Source of the DNA: a virus
Strand: one strand, 5' to 3'
IMG/VR virus record: IMGVR_UViG_3300003543_000059
Span: 1 to 64,000 of that record
Length of the DNA stretch: 64,000 bases
Shown here: positions 1 through 10,030 of the stretch, piece after piece
How the letters are laid out: the number at the start of each line of letters is the position of its first letter
How positions within the stretch are numbered: position 1 is the stretch's first letter
Made by a program: the position numbers and the translations under genes
The notes under the pieces: model-generated
Seen by the model: the letters and a program-made list of their open reading frames with translations, nothing else
What the model was told of the DNA's origin: nothing
The model's database searches: none

Positions 1-79
1 TTCTTCTTGGATTATTTCTATTTTAGAAGTCGTTATATTTTCTTTTTGTTTAAGGTGTAGTGAATATATCACACTGAAA

Positions 80-514
80 TTATTTAAACAACTGTTTCTC
101 TGTTATTAATCTGAATGTGACTCCACGTTTCTTGCACCATTTAGCTGCTGCTTGCCATTTAGCTACGTTAATAGCGTATGTAACCTGTTGATATAATCCA
201 CTTTTACCTTTACTTTTACGTGGTGCTTTAGTTTGTGAAAACGGTTTAATTTCAATAGCTTCTTTGATGATTTGATTTCTGGTGTTTTTGTATTCCAAGT
301 AAAAATCTACCATATAATGGTGTTGACGTTTATCTGTAGGTTTGATGTAAGGGACTATCAGCTCTTCCGAGTTCCAACGTAAAACACTAGGTTGGTTATC
401 GCACCATATCATAAATTTCAGTTCATAAGAGGAACGATAAAATACCTTATCTATATCACCGATATATTTTTCACGGTTGATAACCTTGTAATAACCTTGT
501 TTGAATTTTGTCAT
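80..514 (-). CDS. gp4: Head completion nuclease, T4 gp4 / TnsA-like
   Basis: KYIGD..YRSSYE..WNSEE..PY..YMVDF..EIKP..NVAKW motifs typical of T4 gp4. Confidence 0.9.
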   Translation of the reverse strand: MTKFKQGYYKVINREKYIGDIDKVFYRSSYELKFMIWCDNQPSVLRWNSEELIVPYIKPTDKRQHHYMVDFYLEYKNTRNQIIKEAIEIKPFSQTKAPRKSKGKSGLYQQVTYAINVAKWQAAAKWCKKRGVTFRLITEKQLFK

Positions 515-519
515 ATTCC

Positions 520-527
520 TATTTATG
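520..527 (-). promoter_or_regulatory. Late promoter variant CATAAATA, 5 nt upstream of the gp4 ATG
   Basis: One mismatch to T4 late consensus TATAAATA; back-to-back with the early promoter at 536-564. Confidence 0.55.
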
Positions 528-530
528 CAA

Positions 531-578
531 ATGTATTTGCAATTATTATTCGTGCTGGTATAATAGATTCAACTTCAA
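531..578 (+). promoter_or_regulatory. Early promoter element copy 1
   Basis: TTTGCA 536-541, 17-nt spacer ending TGG, TATAAT 559-564, then AGATTCAACTTCAA shared with other copies. Confidence 0.85.
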
Positions 579-590
579 AAGGAACGCATC

Positions 591-794
591 ATGGCTAAAC
601 AGAACTGGTTCGAAACTCTTAACGCTGCATTAGAAGCAGAAGACTTAGTTAAATACTGGGAACTTGGGTTGAACATTGGTTATGGTGAAACTGTTTCAAT
701 GACTGCTGATGATGGTAGTCGCTATGGTAAGTATATAACCATCTATCGTTCCGACACTGGAATGTACGAAAGACCCGTTCACTATAAAAGATAG
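591..794 (+). CDS. Small early hypothetical protein
   Basis: RBS AAGGA, directly after early promoter. Confidence 0.8.
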   Translation: MAKQNWFETLNAALEAEDLVKYWELGLNIGYGETVSMTADDGSRYGKYITIYRSDTGMYERPVHYKR

Positions 795-802
795 GAACCA
801 AC

Positions 803-1042
803 ATGACAGACTTAATAACCGAATTATCGCAAGTCAGTATTGAATACATTGACTCACAAGCTGAATTAGGTGAAAAAGAATTAGCAGCCCAACCAGTAAT
901 GGAAATAGACGATTACCAAGATGATTGGGAAGAAGAATGTGATGTAGACCAACAGGTTGAAGAAATCATTGAACAAAACAACCACGCTTGGGCTTCTGAA
1001 CAAGTAGAGCTTGATGAAATGGGTTACAACTTATATCATTGA
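803..1042 (+). CDS. Small, very acidic hypothetical protein
   Basis: RBS AGGA; D/E-rich. Confidence 0.7.
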   Translation: MTDLITELSQVSIEYIDSQAELGEKELAAQPVMEIDDYQDDWEEECDVDQQVEEIIEQNNHAWASEQVELDEMGYNLYH

Positions 1043-2542
1043 TTATCTGAAATCACTATCAGGAGCAGATTTATTGGTGAAATCGCCAGCCAATTGAGCT
1101 TCTGTTGGTGGTGGGATAGGAGCAGGTTTCTTTTTAAATAATGCAGCAACATCATTAACATTTGGTATTGCGTCACCGAAGGCGTTTCTAGCTGAAGCGT
1201 ATGTTCCTTGAAATTTTTCCCATATACTTCCGTTCCCATTGACTTGATTAATCGCTTCTAAACCAACATCTAATAATTTTTCCATATCGGGGAAGTTTCC
1301 ACCGTTTGTCAATCCTGATGTATCAAGATTGTCTAACACTGGTTCCTGTAAATTTCTAGGAACTGATGTTGTCCCACCGATAGGTGTTGTTGATGGTAAA
1401 CCTTTACCGTTATATTGTATAGGGTGAGGTGTTTGTAAACCTGGTAATGTGGTAAGTTTGGTTATGTCGTAATCATTGCTATCTTCAGAAGCAGGGTCTA
1501 ATGAAATTGGCTTGTTTTCATTTTGGTTAGAAACTGTTTCAATATATAAACCATCATAGCTGAACTGTATTTCAATTTCAGATACTTCTTGTGAATCCAT
1601 ATCTAAATCACCAATATTAATCTCAGATATTTTCGGGTTGAAGTAATGGTATATGTTTAAACTTTGACCCCAATTCCATATATGAAATAGTTTGATACTT
1701 TTGATGATGTTATTGTCACCGGATTGACCCGCTAGTGCTGGTAAAGCTTGTAATGAAGAAGAGTTAAATGGTGTACCGCTTCTTGAATCGAAATTCATTG
1801 AATTTGTTTCATACAAATTTTGCGTTCCTTGAGGCATTTGTGCGTTAGGAATCAGAGCTTCAATATATTTTTTGTAGAACGATGTAGTTTTATTGGATTG
1901 GTCATCGTAGAATGTCATTGTCGCTGGTTGATATTCTGAAAATTTTGGTATCTTAGTTCTGAAGTTATACATGTTGACATCTTCATAATCTACTGTGATT
2001 GTTGGGCGTGATGCGCTTCTAACAGCAAAAGCCATAAAGTTTGCATCATCTTTAAAGCTAACAAAGTTTTTAGAGAATTCGAATTGAATAACATATAGGA
2101 ATTTAAACTTTGGGTGGATTGAACTATAAGCTCTATCAACAGCGTAAGGTTTAACGCGGCTATCTATCGTTTCATTTGATGCAGCAGCAGGCTGATTACC
2201 CAATAATGCTTCTAACGCTTCTAACGGTGCTTGTGCGGCACTTATAGCTGCATTAGTGAAGTTGCCTTTTGACACTTCTACAAAAACATTTTCTGCTGTA
2301 GCTATACCACTATCAACAATACTGTTAGTGTTGATACCAAATACCCCAAGTAAATTAGGGTTGATACCAACAGTAGCAAGCACAGCATTACCACCAGCTT
2401 TAATAGATGGAGCAGTACCTCTAATAGTTTTTTGTCCGAAATTACGAAAAATTTGTGGCACAGAAGAAGTGTTACCATTAAGAACGGCATTTGATACTTT
2501 TGCTAAACCTCGCAAACCTTCATTAACTCGTGAATATGCCAT
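1043..2542 (-). CDS. Tail-tube-family protein (gp19/gp54-like) with long extensions
   Basis: PKFKFLY..RSASRP..NMYN..YQPATMTFYDD..LD..IEIQFSYD tube-fold motifs. Confidence 0.7.
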   Translation of the reverse strand: MAYSRVNEGLRGLAKVSNAVLNGNTSSVPQIFRNFGQKTIRGTAPSIKAGGNAVLATVGINPNLLGVFGINTNSIVDSGIATAENVFVEVSKGNFTNAAISAAQAPLEALEALLGNQPAAASNETIDSRVKPYAVDRAYSSIHPKFKFLYVIQFEFSKNFVSFKDDANFMAFAVRSASRPTITVDYEDVNMYNFRTKIPKFSEYQPATMTFYDDQSNKTTSFYKKYIEALIPNAQMPQGTQNLYETNSMNFDSRSGTPFNSSSLQALPALAGQSGDNNIIKSIKLFHIWNWGQSLNIYHYFNPKISEINIGDLDMDSQEVSEIEIQFSYDGLYIETVSNQNENKPISLDPASEDSNDYDITKLTTLPGLQTPHPIQYNGKGLPSTTPIGGTTSVPRNLQEPVLDNLDTSGLTNGGNFPDMEKLLDVGLEAINQVNGNGSIWEKFQGTYASARNAFGDAIPNVNDVAALFKKKPAPIPPPTEAQLAGDFTNKSAPDSDFR

Positions 2543-2557
2543 AATAACCTTGTAGAT

Positions 2558-2583
2558 AAAGAAAAGGCTCCGTTAAGAGCCTT
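2558..2583 (-). terminator. Rho-independent terminator
   Basis: AAGGCTC-ttaacg-GAGCCTT followed by TTCTTT on the minus strand. Confidence 0.8.
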
Positions 2584-2637
2584 ATCTGAGAATTTTTACA
2601 TCCTTGTAAACATCCGTGTAAGCACGTCGTCCTTTAC
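2558..2637 (-). ncRNA. Candidate CsrA/RsmA-sequestering small RNA (CsrB/RsmZ-like)
   Basis: TATAAATA at 2650-2643; four ANGGA motifs including ACA-CGGA-UGU and UUUACA-AGGA-UGUAAA hairpins; intrinsic terminator. Confidence 0.6.
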
Positions 2638-2642
2638 ATTAG

Positions 2643-2650
2643 TATTTATA
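2643..2650 (-). promoter_or_regulatory. T4-type late promoter
   Basis: Exact TATAAATA in intergenic DNA. Confidence 0.75.
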
Positions 2651-2675
2651 AAGTGTGCAAGTTTCTATATTACGT

Positions 2676-3074
2676 TTAATATAATACATGATTACATGTA
2701 TGATATTTGAATTCGGCAGTTATAGTATTTGCTGTAGATTCTGCGTGTGTTAATGGGCTAAACGTTAACCCCAACAATTCAACATCTTCTACGGTAAATT
2801 CTTCTATAATATCTTCACGCCCATTCAATATGCGTATTACTATTGAGTCTAAATCACCACATAACACCCCGTTAAGTTTTTTAGATACTTTGTTGTCCAT
2901 ATCATCTTCAAACGTCACATGGATTATGCTGTTAACCCCATAATTTTTAGATGGTCGTTCTGTTGATATAACTTGAAGGGTTAATATTTCAGTGTTAATA
3001 TCTGCGTTAAAGATTATGCTATAACGATTTGATATTTTAGGTTGTATGATATTACTAAGTGTGTTATTTGTCAT
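2676..3074 (-). CDS. Short tail-tube (gp19-like) paralog
   Basis: IIQPKISNRY..LQVISTERP..VTFEDD..ITAEFKY parallels 5275..5856. Confidence 0.7.
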   Translation of the reverse strand: MTNNTLSNIIQPKISNRYSIIFNADINTEILTLQVISTERPSKNYGVNSIIHVTFEDDMDNKVSKKLNGVLCGDLDSIVIRILNGREDIIEEFTVEDVELLGLTFSPLTHAESTANTITAEFKYHTCNHVLY

Positions 3075-3712
3075 ATTTGTACCAATTGTCTTAAATGATT
3101 AGCGTGGTCTACATCGATGGTTTCAAAACTATCAAAGTATGATGCTGGAATGTGTGGGTTGTTCAAAGAACTCCCACGGTGTATAAGATATTTAAGTCTA
3201 TCTTGCACGAAGTTAACCATGCTGTCAGAACTATACCCATCTTCTAGGTCTTGTGCTTCTTTATATTGTTTCTCGTTATATTGGCGTTTAAGCAACGTTT
3301 TAGCATCATCAATGGAGTAAGATGCTTTTGGGCTTAAAATTGAATGTAGCACGTCTACGGTGACAGTATTAGCTAATAATTCACCTAATACCATATCAGT
3401 TTCAATGATTTTTTGCTTTTCAATAATCCAAGGCTTCATCATCTTAGGTGAAGCATATTTGTAATGTTCAGCACCATTGTTAAAGAAACCTATAAGCCAA
3501 TGCTTATCTTGCCATTTCTCAACATGCGAATGGCTAAAATCTCTTACGGTAGTTACTGAATTTTTAGAAGTGGATTTTAGTTCGAATGGAACCTTTTTCC
3601 CCTTCACGTTTAAGAATGCGTCAATACCACATCGTCCCTCGCTTTCATCTTTAGTAAGATTAAACAGCGTTCTCATGTAGTTCTCGCGTTTGTCGTCTTG
3701 GAATGTGTGCAT
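3071..3712 (-). CDS. PD-(D/E)xK restriction-endonuclease-like protein
   Basis: GIDA...FELKS catalytic pattern; late promoter at 3725-3718. Confidence 0.6.
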   Translation of the reverse strand: MHTFQDDKRENYMRTLFNLTKDESEGRCGIDAFLNVKGKKVPFELKSTSKNSVTTVRDFSHSHVEKWQDKHWLIGFFNNGAEHYKYASPKMMKPWIIEKQKIIETDMVLGELLANTVTVDVLHSILSPKASYSIDDAKTLLKRQYNEKQYKEAQDLEDGYSSDSMVNFVQDRLKYLIHRGSSLNNPHIPASYFDSFETIDVDHANHLRQLVQI

Positions 3713-3745
3713 GGTCTTATTTATAGACCGTGAAAACGTGGGGGG

Positions 3746-3910
3746 TTAAATGGTTATACCGTAATCGTAAGTAAGTGCGGGGTGTTCAAGCAAATTACTT
3801 TCAGTTTTGTCGTCTATTTCTGGATGGTAGTCTGCGAAAAAGGCAACAATTGCACCTTGCTCATATCCATATAAAGTTTTGGGTTCATTGTGTAATTTGT
3901 ATAAATTCAT
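3746..3910 (-). pseudogene. Truncated 54-aa member of the MNLYKxHNxP repeat family (not in ORF track)
   Basis: Hand translation MNLYKLHNEPKTLYGYEQGAIVAFFADYHPEIDDKTESNLLEHPALTYDYGITI*; ATGA overlap with the upstream paralog. Confidence 0.65.
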
Positions 3911-4689
3911 GTGTTCCCCATAATTTTTTCGAATTTAGTTCTATCTTTTTCGTTATCCAGAATTTCTTTAAAGTACCACAATGCTATTTGCCTATCACTA
4001 GCGATTGCTTTTTCCCCTAATTTGAATCTACCTTTCATGACCCTTTCTGCATAATAATATGAAAGATTAGAATGTTTTGCTATTGCTTCTTCACCTAAAG
4101 GAAATCTTTTATTATCCAATGTATCGGTGGCATACCAATAGGAAAGTTGCCCATCTGTGCTTATAGCTTTTTCTCCTTCAGGAAAGCTCCCTTTTATAAT
4201 ATCTCTAGCATACTCATATGCCCATTTCGACTCTTCTGTTATTGCTTCTTCACCTAAAAGGAATCTTTCTTCCTTCAATACCTCTTTGGCGTATTTGAAT
4301 GAATGTTCAGCACTTGTCGCTATAGCTGGCTCCCCTTCTGGGAAAGGATTTTTTAATATGTATCTAGCATACTCATACGCCCATTCGTAATCTTCAGCTA
4401 TAGCTGACTCCCCTTTCGGAAATGCTTTTCGTACAACAGAAAAAACGTATTCGTGGGTGTGGTCAGGAGATGTGATAATAGCGTTTTCCCCTTCTGGAAA
4501 AGGAGCCTCCAAAACTTCTTTAGCATATTTTAATGCGTATTCTGCATCATGAACGAACAAAGCTTTTCTTTTCTTTAATTCTTCTGGTTTATTTTTAAAT
4601 TTTTCCCAAACAAACTGGGGGGCTTTCATCAAAGCCACTTGATAATTCAACAAGGTAGTTGGGTTGTTATGTAATTTGTATAAATTCAT
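3907..4689 (-). CDS. Helical-repeat protein, ~24-aa FPEGExAIA repeats (about 7)
   Basis: Repeats visible in translation; MNLYKLHNNP N-terminus. Confidence 0.85.
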   Translation of the reverse strand: MNLYKLHNNPTTLLNYQVALMKAPQFVWEKFKNKPEELKKRKALFVHDAEYALKYAKEVLEAPFPEGENAIITSPDHTHEYVFSVVRKAFPKGESAIAEDYEWAYEYARYILKNPFPEGEPAIATSAEHSFKYAKEVLKEERFLLGEEAITEESKWAYEYARDIIKGSFPEGEKAISTDGQLSYWYATDTLDNKRFPLGEEAIAKHSNLSYYYAERVMKGRFKLGEKAIASDRQIALWYFKEILDNEKDRTKFEKIMGNT

Positions 4690-5198
4690 AATAGGTCAAA
4701 ATACTCCGCATATTTATCCCACCGTTCTACGTCTTTTTTGATAGTGGCTTCGCCTTTAGGAAATCGAGCGTTCAATATGTTTATAGCGTAATTGTATGCG
4801 TATGTAGAATGAAACGCAATAGCCTCTTCACCCTCTGGGAATGGTTTACCTAAGAAAGCAGCATACATATACGCATATATGTTATCTTTCGCCATTATCG
4901 CCTCCCCTTTTGGGAATGCTCCCTCTAAAACATGATTAGCGTACTTGTAAGAATATTCCGCATCGGTAGCAATAGCATCTTCGCCTGATTCAAATCGCGT
5001 ATCATTTAACTCGCTGTGTGCGTAGACAAAGGATGTTTCTGCGTTTGACGTTAAAAAATCGGTATCTTTATCTACAAAATGTGGAAAATATCTTTTCCAG
5101 AATTTATTGAGTTGGGTCTGTTGTTCCACCTTTTTAAATAATTCGTCACTATGGTTTAGCAATTCTTTGGGTTCATTGTGATATTTGTATAAGTTCAT
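4686..5198 (-). CDS. Helical-repeat protein paralog (about 4 repeats)
   Basis: MNLYKYHNEPKEL N-terminus; FPxGExAIA repeats. Confidence 0.85.
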   Translation of the reverse strand: MNLYKYHNEPKELLNHSDELFKKVEQQTQLNKFWKRYFPHFVDKDTDFLTSNAETSFVYAHSELNDTRFESGEDAIATDAEYSYKYANHVLEGAFPKGEAIMAKDNIYAYMYAAFLGKPFPEGEEAIAFHSTYAYNYAINILNARFPKGEATIKKDVERWDKYAEYFDLL

Positions 5199-5213
5199 AA
5201 GTCTCTCAATGTT

Positions 5214-5251
5214 AAAACGGCTCTTAAAGTTTTCACCGTAAGAGCCGTTTT
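5214..5251. terminator. 13-bp hairpin terminator downstream of the tail tube gene
   Basis: AAAACGGCTCTTA / TAAGAGCCGTTTT inverted repeat. Confidence 0.75.
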
Positions 5252-5274
5252 CCGTTTAGCAAAAACGTTGTTAA

Positions 5275-5856
5275 TTAAACCCCAGCACCGCCAGTAGCTA
5301 ATCCAGTGTCATCGAATGTAACACCAACTTGTCTTGCGTGGTCATAACGAATAGTTAATGTGATTGTAACTGCTTCAGAAGAAGAGTAATCTAAATCACC
5401 GTAATCAACGTTTTGTAACCATGAACCTTCCAATATCCATCTTTCGATTTCTTGGTCGTTACCATCTAAATGTTGGATAACTGTAGCGAATTTGTAAAGA
5501 CTTGCTTGCTTTTGAGAAGCTAAGTATTGTCCAGCCGCACCAATCAATAACTGTTGGTTATCTTGTTGTTCTTGTATAACTTGTGTAGCTTTACCAGTAA
5601 CGTCATCTTCAACAACTAATGTAACAGGTTCAAAGGTGTGTTTACCAGCAATCCAAACTTTAGAGTTGTAACGGTTTAATTCAACTTCTTCAAAAGAAAG
5701 TTTAGGACGTTCAACAGTAGTAGCTTGTAATGATAATGGAATACCAGTTGGGCTATTCCCAATGTTTTGAAATTCCACACGCCATTTGTGCTTTTGTTTT
5801 GGTTGTAGGATACCTTGACCTATTTCTGGGATTCCTATATCTTGTATTGTACTCAT
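5275..5856 (-). CDS. gp19: Tail tube protein
   Basis: ILQPKQKHKWRV..RP..YNSKVWIAGKHTFEP..DYGDLDY..IRYD; RBS GGAG; late promoter at 5915-5908. Confidence 0.9.
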   Translation of the reverse strand: MSTIQDIGIPEIGQGILQPKQKHKWRVEFQNIGNSPTGIPLSLQATTVERPKLSFEEVELNRYNSKVWIAGKHTFEPVTLVVEDDVTGKATQVIQEQQDNQQLLIGAAGQYLASQKQASLYKFATVIQHLDGNDQEIERWILEGSWLQNVDYGDLDYSSSEAVTITLTIRYDHARQVGVTFDDTGLATGGAGV

Positions 5857-5941
5857 TTTTCATATCTCCATATTATCGGTTTACAATAATGGTATTATCG
5901 TTTATAGTATTTATAGAATTACCCTATAAAGGACGTGAAAA

Positions 5942-6562
5942 TTGATTTATAATGACAAACCAAGAGCTTACTTCAATCTCTTATTGGCTTTTGATTGTGA
6001 AACTTCTGCCATAAATTTTAACAACAAATTGAACCCAGCAAAAGGTTGTCAAGCTGTATCGTGGGGTATCATGATTCTTAACGCTAACACCTTAGAAACT
6101 TTAGAGGAATTGTATCTTGAAGTTAAATGGAATGGTGTATCTGAATGGTCGATGGATGCCCAGAAGGTTCATGGGTTAAGTAAAGAATATCTTGAAGAAA
6201 ATGGTGTATCAGAAGAAGACGCTTTAGTAGAGATTGCTAATCTGATTGGTAAATATTGGGCTGGTGATACAATGGTAAACACGTTAGGTCACAATTCAAT
6301 CAGTTTCGATTTACCATTTTTATTTGACCTATATGATAAACATGACTTGAAATTAAATTTTTCTTATCGTAATATAGACACCAACACGTTAGGCTTCTCA
6401 CTGTTAAGAACGTATAACTCTGATGATTTGTTTGCTAGTCTTGGGTTACCTGAAAGAAAAACACATAACGCTTTAGAAGATATACAGTATACTGTAGAAT
6501 GTGTTAGGCGTATTAGAATTTTATGGGATGCTAAAGTAGGCATCAAAGGAAAATATTTATGA
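5942..6562 (+). CDS. DEDDh 3'-5' exonuclease (DnaQ-like)
   Basis: AFDCETS, GHNSISFD, HNALED motifs. Confidence 0.85.
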   Translation: MIYNDKPRAYFNLLLAFDCETSAINFNNKLNPAKGCQAVSWGIMILNANTLETLEELYLEVKWNGVSEWSMDAQKVHGLSKEYLEENGVSEEDALVEIANLIGKYWAGDTMVNTLGHNSISFDLPFLFDLYDKHDLKLNFSYRNIDTNTLGFSLLRTYNSDDLFASLGLPERKTHNALEDIQYTVECVRRIRILWDAKVGIKGKYL

Positions 6563-7029
6563 GCGAAATAGTTAAGGCACCAGACGTATACAACAATGAG
6601 AAATTTACAGTGTTTCTCGCTGGTACCATTGATAACGGTGAAAGTGAAGATTGGCAAAAACAATCAGAAGAATATCTGGAAGATTTGGATATTACGATTT
6701 TGAATCCTCGAAGAGATGATTGGGATGAAAAAATAATTCCTAATGAGGACAATAAGCCTTTTAATGAGCAGGTTGGTTGGGAACTTGATGCACTAATGGA
6801 CGCTAATTTAGTGTTATTTTATTTTGCCCCTAACAGTAAATCTCCTGTTAGTATGTTAGAATTAGGGATATGTTTAGAGACACAAGATGTTATTATCGTG
6901 TGTCCAGATGGATTTTGGCGTAAAGGTAATATTGAAATCACAGCAAAACGCTATGGTATTAGTATTTTTGAAAGTTTAGAAGCTGGTTTAGCTATGGTTA
7001 GAACCAAAGTATTATGGGATATGGAATGA
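6559..7029 (+). CDS. Nucleoside 2-deoxyribosyltransferase-like protein
   Basis: VFLAGTID..WQ..LNPRR..QVGWE..SPVSMLELG. Confidence 0.85.
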   Translation: MSEIVKAPDVYNNEKFTVFLAGTIDNGESEDWQKQSEEYLEDLDITILNPRRDDWDEKIIPNEDNKPFNEQVGWELDALMDANLVLFYFAPNSKSPVSMLELGICLETQDVIIVCPDGFWRKGNIEITAKRYGISIFESLEAGLAMVRTKVLWDME

Positions 7030-7697
7030 TTAATGATTTAGTAGATGGGCTTAATGTATTAGGCGAAAGTATTGATAACGCGTTGATATTAGAATCAGCG
7101 AAAGCTTTAGAACAATTGAACCACCGTTATGAAGTGGTGCGACAACTTTCTCCTAAAGCGTTTAAAGAATTATGTAAGGAAAATATTTCTAGTGGTGTGC
7201 CATTTGACACGTTGGTAGATGAACTCAACATTCAAGCGGTACCAATGGGTGTGCAAAAAATACCTACATGGTTATTGCCTGTTGAGGGTAAAGAAGGATT
7301 AGTTAAAAACCCTGATGAACAATTTGGGGATTCTATTTTTTGTTGTGTAGATAATTCGAAAACCGAATATCATGGTGACACCTATGTGTGGATGTTTGCC
7401 AATGGTGAATGGGGTGAAGAATCCGTATTGTATATACCGATTGGCGATACTACCAGTGTTAATGCCCTAGCTGATATAAGTGTTGGTCAAGCCCTTAATA
7501 AAATGACAGAAGCATTCACAAAAGACCCCGAATTTGCATATACTTGGCATTGCAACATAGCTGTGCCAGTGATTGACATTATAGACCGTCAAACGGGTAT
7601 CAAAAATTCACACAAACTTTCTAATCAAATAGCTACTGCGCTTATGAAGCATTTGTTTAATGTTGAAACAACTTTTACTATGGAAGAACCAAAATGA
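7014..7697 (+). CDS. Hypothetical protein (start probably near 7027)
   Basis: Long ORF coupled to neighbours; AYTWHCNIA motif. Confidence 0.65.
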   Translation: MGYGMINDLVDGLNVLGESIDNALILESAKALEQLNHRYEVVRQLSPKAFKELCKENISSGVPFDTLVDELNIQAVPMGVQKIPTWLLPVEGKEGLVKNPDEQFGDSIFCCVDNSKTEYHGDTYVWMFANGEWGEESVLYIPIGDTTSVNALADISVGQALNKMTEAFTKDPEFAYTWHCNIAVPVIDIIDRQTGIKNSHKLSNQIATALMKHLFNVETTFTMEEPK

Positions 7698-8107
7698 AAA
7701 GTCCACAACATTTATCTGCTATAGAGCTTAAAGAGTGGAGCTATACTGTTAGAGACAACAATACAGGTCAATGGATTCCGAAGCGTTTAGAGCCTTACTA
7801 CGGTATAAGACTGATTCATCGATGCAAACTTGCATGGAAAGTGTTTACGGGTGAGTATGATGCTTTAGATTGGCTAAAAGATATTAAAAAGCCGATAGTT
7901 CAGAATGCGCCAAAAATAAATGACAAATTAGAAGTTCATTCAGAAAAATTCAAAGCCAGATATATCAATTACATGATTAAACGTGGATTGAATTATTACA
8001 TGGCTGAAGATGATTACAAGAGTTTATTATGTAATTATCATAAAGGTGATTCAGACAACCCTGAAATCACCGCAGCAGAAATGTTAAGCTACTACGACAA
8101 CGATTGA
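7694..8107 (+). CDS. Hypothetical protein
   Basis: ATGA overlap with the upstream gene. Confidence 0.65.
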   Translation: MKSPQHLSAIELKEWSYTVRDNNTGQWIPKRLEPYYGIRLIHRCKLAWKVFTGEYDALDWLKDIKKPIVQNAPKINDKLEVHSEKFKARYINYMIKRGLNYYMAEDDYKSLLCNYHKGDSDNPEITAAEMLSYYDND

Positions 8108-9936
8108 TAAATAAATCGCATTTTTCCGCAATCATAAATTTTTTGTATATTATGATTCAACATATTGTCACTTTCTGATAATGTTGAATCATAATTAGGT
8201 AAATATTTTAATCCTGTGGTGTGCCTAAAGTTGAATTTGTGGCTTCTTGTTTGACCAAATATATAGCTATAATCTGGTGGGATAATTTTATCCAATACCC
8301 ATCCGGTTTGGTGGTATAAATTACCAGTACTCCATCGTAAATCAGCAAAAGATATAATTTCTGAAGGCTGATAATCATTAATAAACCGTTTAAGTAGCTT
8401 AGAAAATCCACCAGCAATTTTACATGAAGTGGCATATCTGACTAATTCAAAAACATTATCAGCTCGTTTAGCAAATGACATACACGCTACTACATTGTTA
8501 TCATGGTACAACCCTATATCTATTGATGTGTTAGTAGACCCTTGTATATGATTAAGATTATAGAACTCTTTCTTAATATTTTTATCAACCATATCTATTT
8601 GACATTTTCTAGCGTATATTGCTGGTCTATCGTCAACACCTAATAATGATTTGAGTTTTGCTTTAACTAAATTACTATTATTAATCCATTCGTCTTCGAA
8701 AACTGTTATAAGTTCTACGTCATTATTTACACACATTTTAAGTTTATCTGCATGGTATGTATTACCTAATATCAAAGAATTATGCCAAAATAAACCACAA
8801 TATTCTATAGCTATTTTCTTTGATGGTATATAGATGTCCAACTCTTTTGGGGGAATGATAGAGCGTGTGTTCGCTATGACTTCACACGAAACAATGGATT
8901 TGACGAAATTGAATATTTCTTTTTCCGCCATAGACTGTTGAAAATTTTGTGTTTCGATTCCGAAGTTGTGTAAGTGTCTAGCTAATACACCACATGAAAC
9001 ATTAATTTCATTAGATATTTGCGTTAAAGTTTTTTCTAATACTACATGTTCGTTATATAACCAATCTTTGTTTGTTATTTTTTCATATGAATCATCAGAA
9101 ATGTGGGTTTGGTTTTTGTGTTTTCTGTTATATAATGTTAAAGCCTTGTCTGTTTTATATTTTATCACTTCTGGTCTATGGCTTGGGTGTATCCAACCAT
9201 TCTCATATAATGCTTTCATGGTTTCGGCTCTTAACGCTTTACTCTCGTTCGACATATAAAGTTCTTGGTCTAATAAAGTTTGGCGAATTTTGTCCCTAGT
9301 TTCTTCTGAAGTTTCATTCCCTATATTCCAATGAACAAGTTTTCCTGAAGCATATAATTCTGTTCTTATCGAAGATAAACGGTTTTTGAACTCTTGGGTG
9401 TGCGATACGCCTTTATTCCAAGCTGGATAATTGCCTTCTTTTTTTGTGATTGATTGTTTTTGTGCAGATTTATCATATATCGACATTCCATCTACGTCTT
9501 TTTCTTTCATAGTTTTAGCAGATTTCACAGCAGCATCTTGAGCAATAGATGTTCCAGTTTCGGGGTTTATGGTTTTTTTAGTTTTAGACTGTTTAATACC
9601 ATTACGTTTTGCTAAGGTTAATCCCGATTTGTCTTTACTAGCTGAACGACATACCAATGAGCAAAATTGAATTCTTACCCCATCTTTATTAATTTTAATG
9701 TTAGTGGGTTTAGAACAATGTGGACATTTGACTTGTTCAAAAACATCATTTTGAACATACCACAATCTAACTGCTAATTTAGGGTCATTGTTTATAAAAC
9801 TGGTTTCAGACCTAAGAAGTGTTCCTAAGTGCGTACCTTCTTTACATTTTGAACTTGGTCGTTTAACCGTGGGGTCATTAAACAACTCTTTTAAATCTTG
9901 TGAATACATATCATTAACCATAAAAAAACCTATCAT
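8092..9936 (-). mobile_element. Free-standing homing-endonuclease-like gene (Hef-like PD-(D/E)xK plus C-terminal Mom/GNAT-like domain)
   Basis: CPHC Zn finger, NUMOD-like WNKG, ELDIYIP..AIEYCGLFWH, YARKC, ISFADLRWSTGNLY..IYDCG; lies next to the sheath gene. Confidence 0.75.
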
Positions 9937-9961
9937 AATTATATATCATGATAGGTTTTTT
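9923..9961. terminator. 14-bp hairpin after the sheath gene, overlapping the endonuclease start
   Basis: AAAAAACCTATCAT / ATGATAGGTTTTTT inverted repeat. Confidence 0.65.
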
Positions 9962-10030
9962 GTCGAAAAATTAAAGTATTAATTCATAAAAATATAATAT
10001 GATACTTTAAGTATGATACATAACAGTCTG

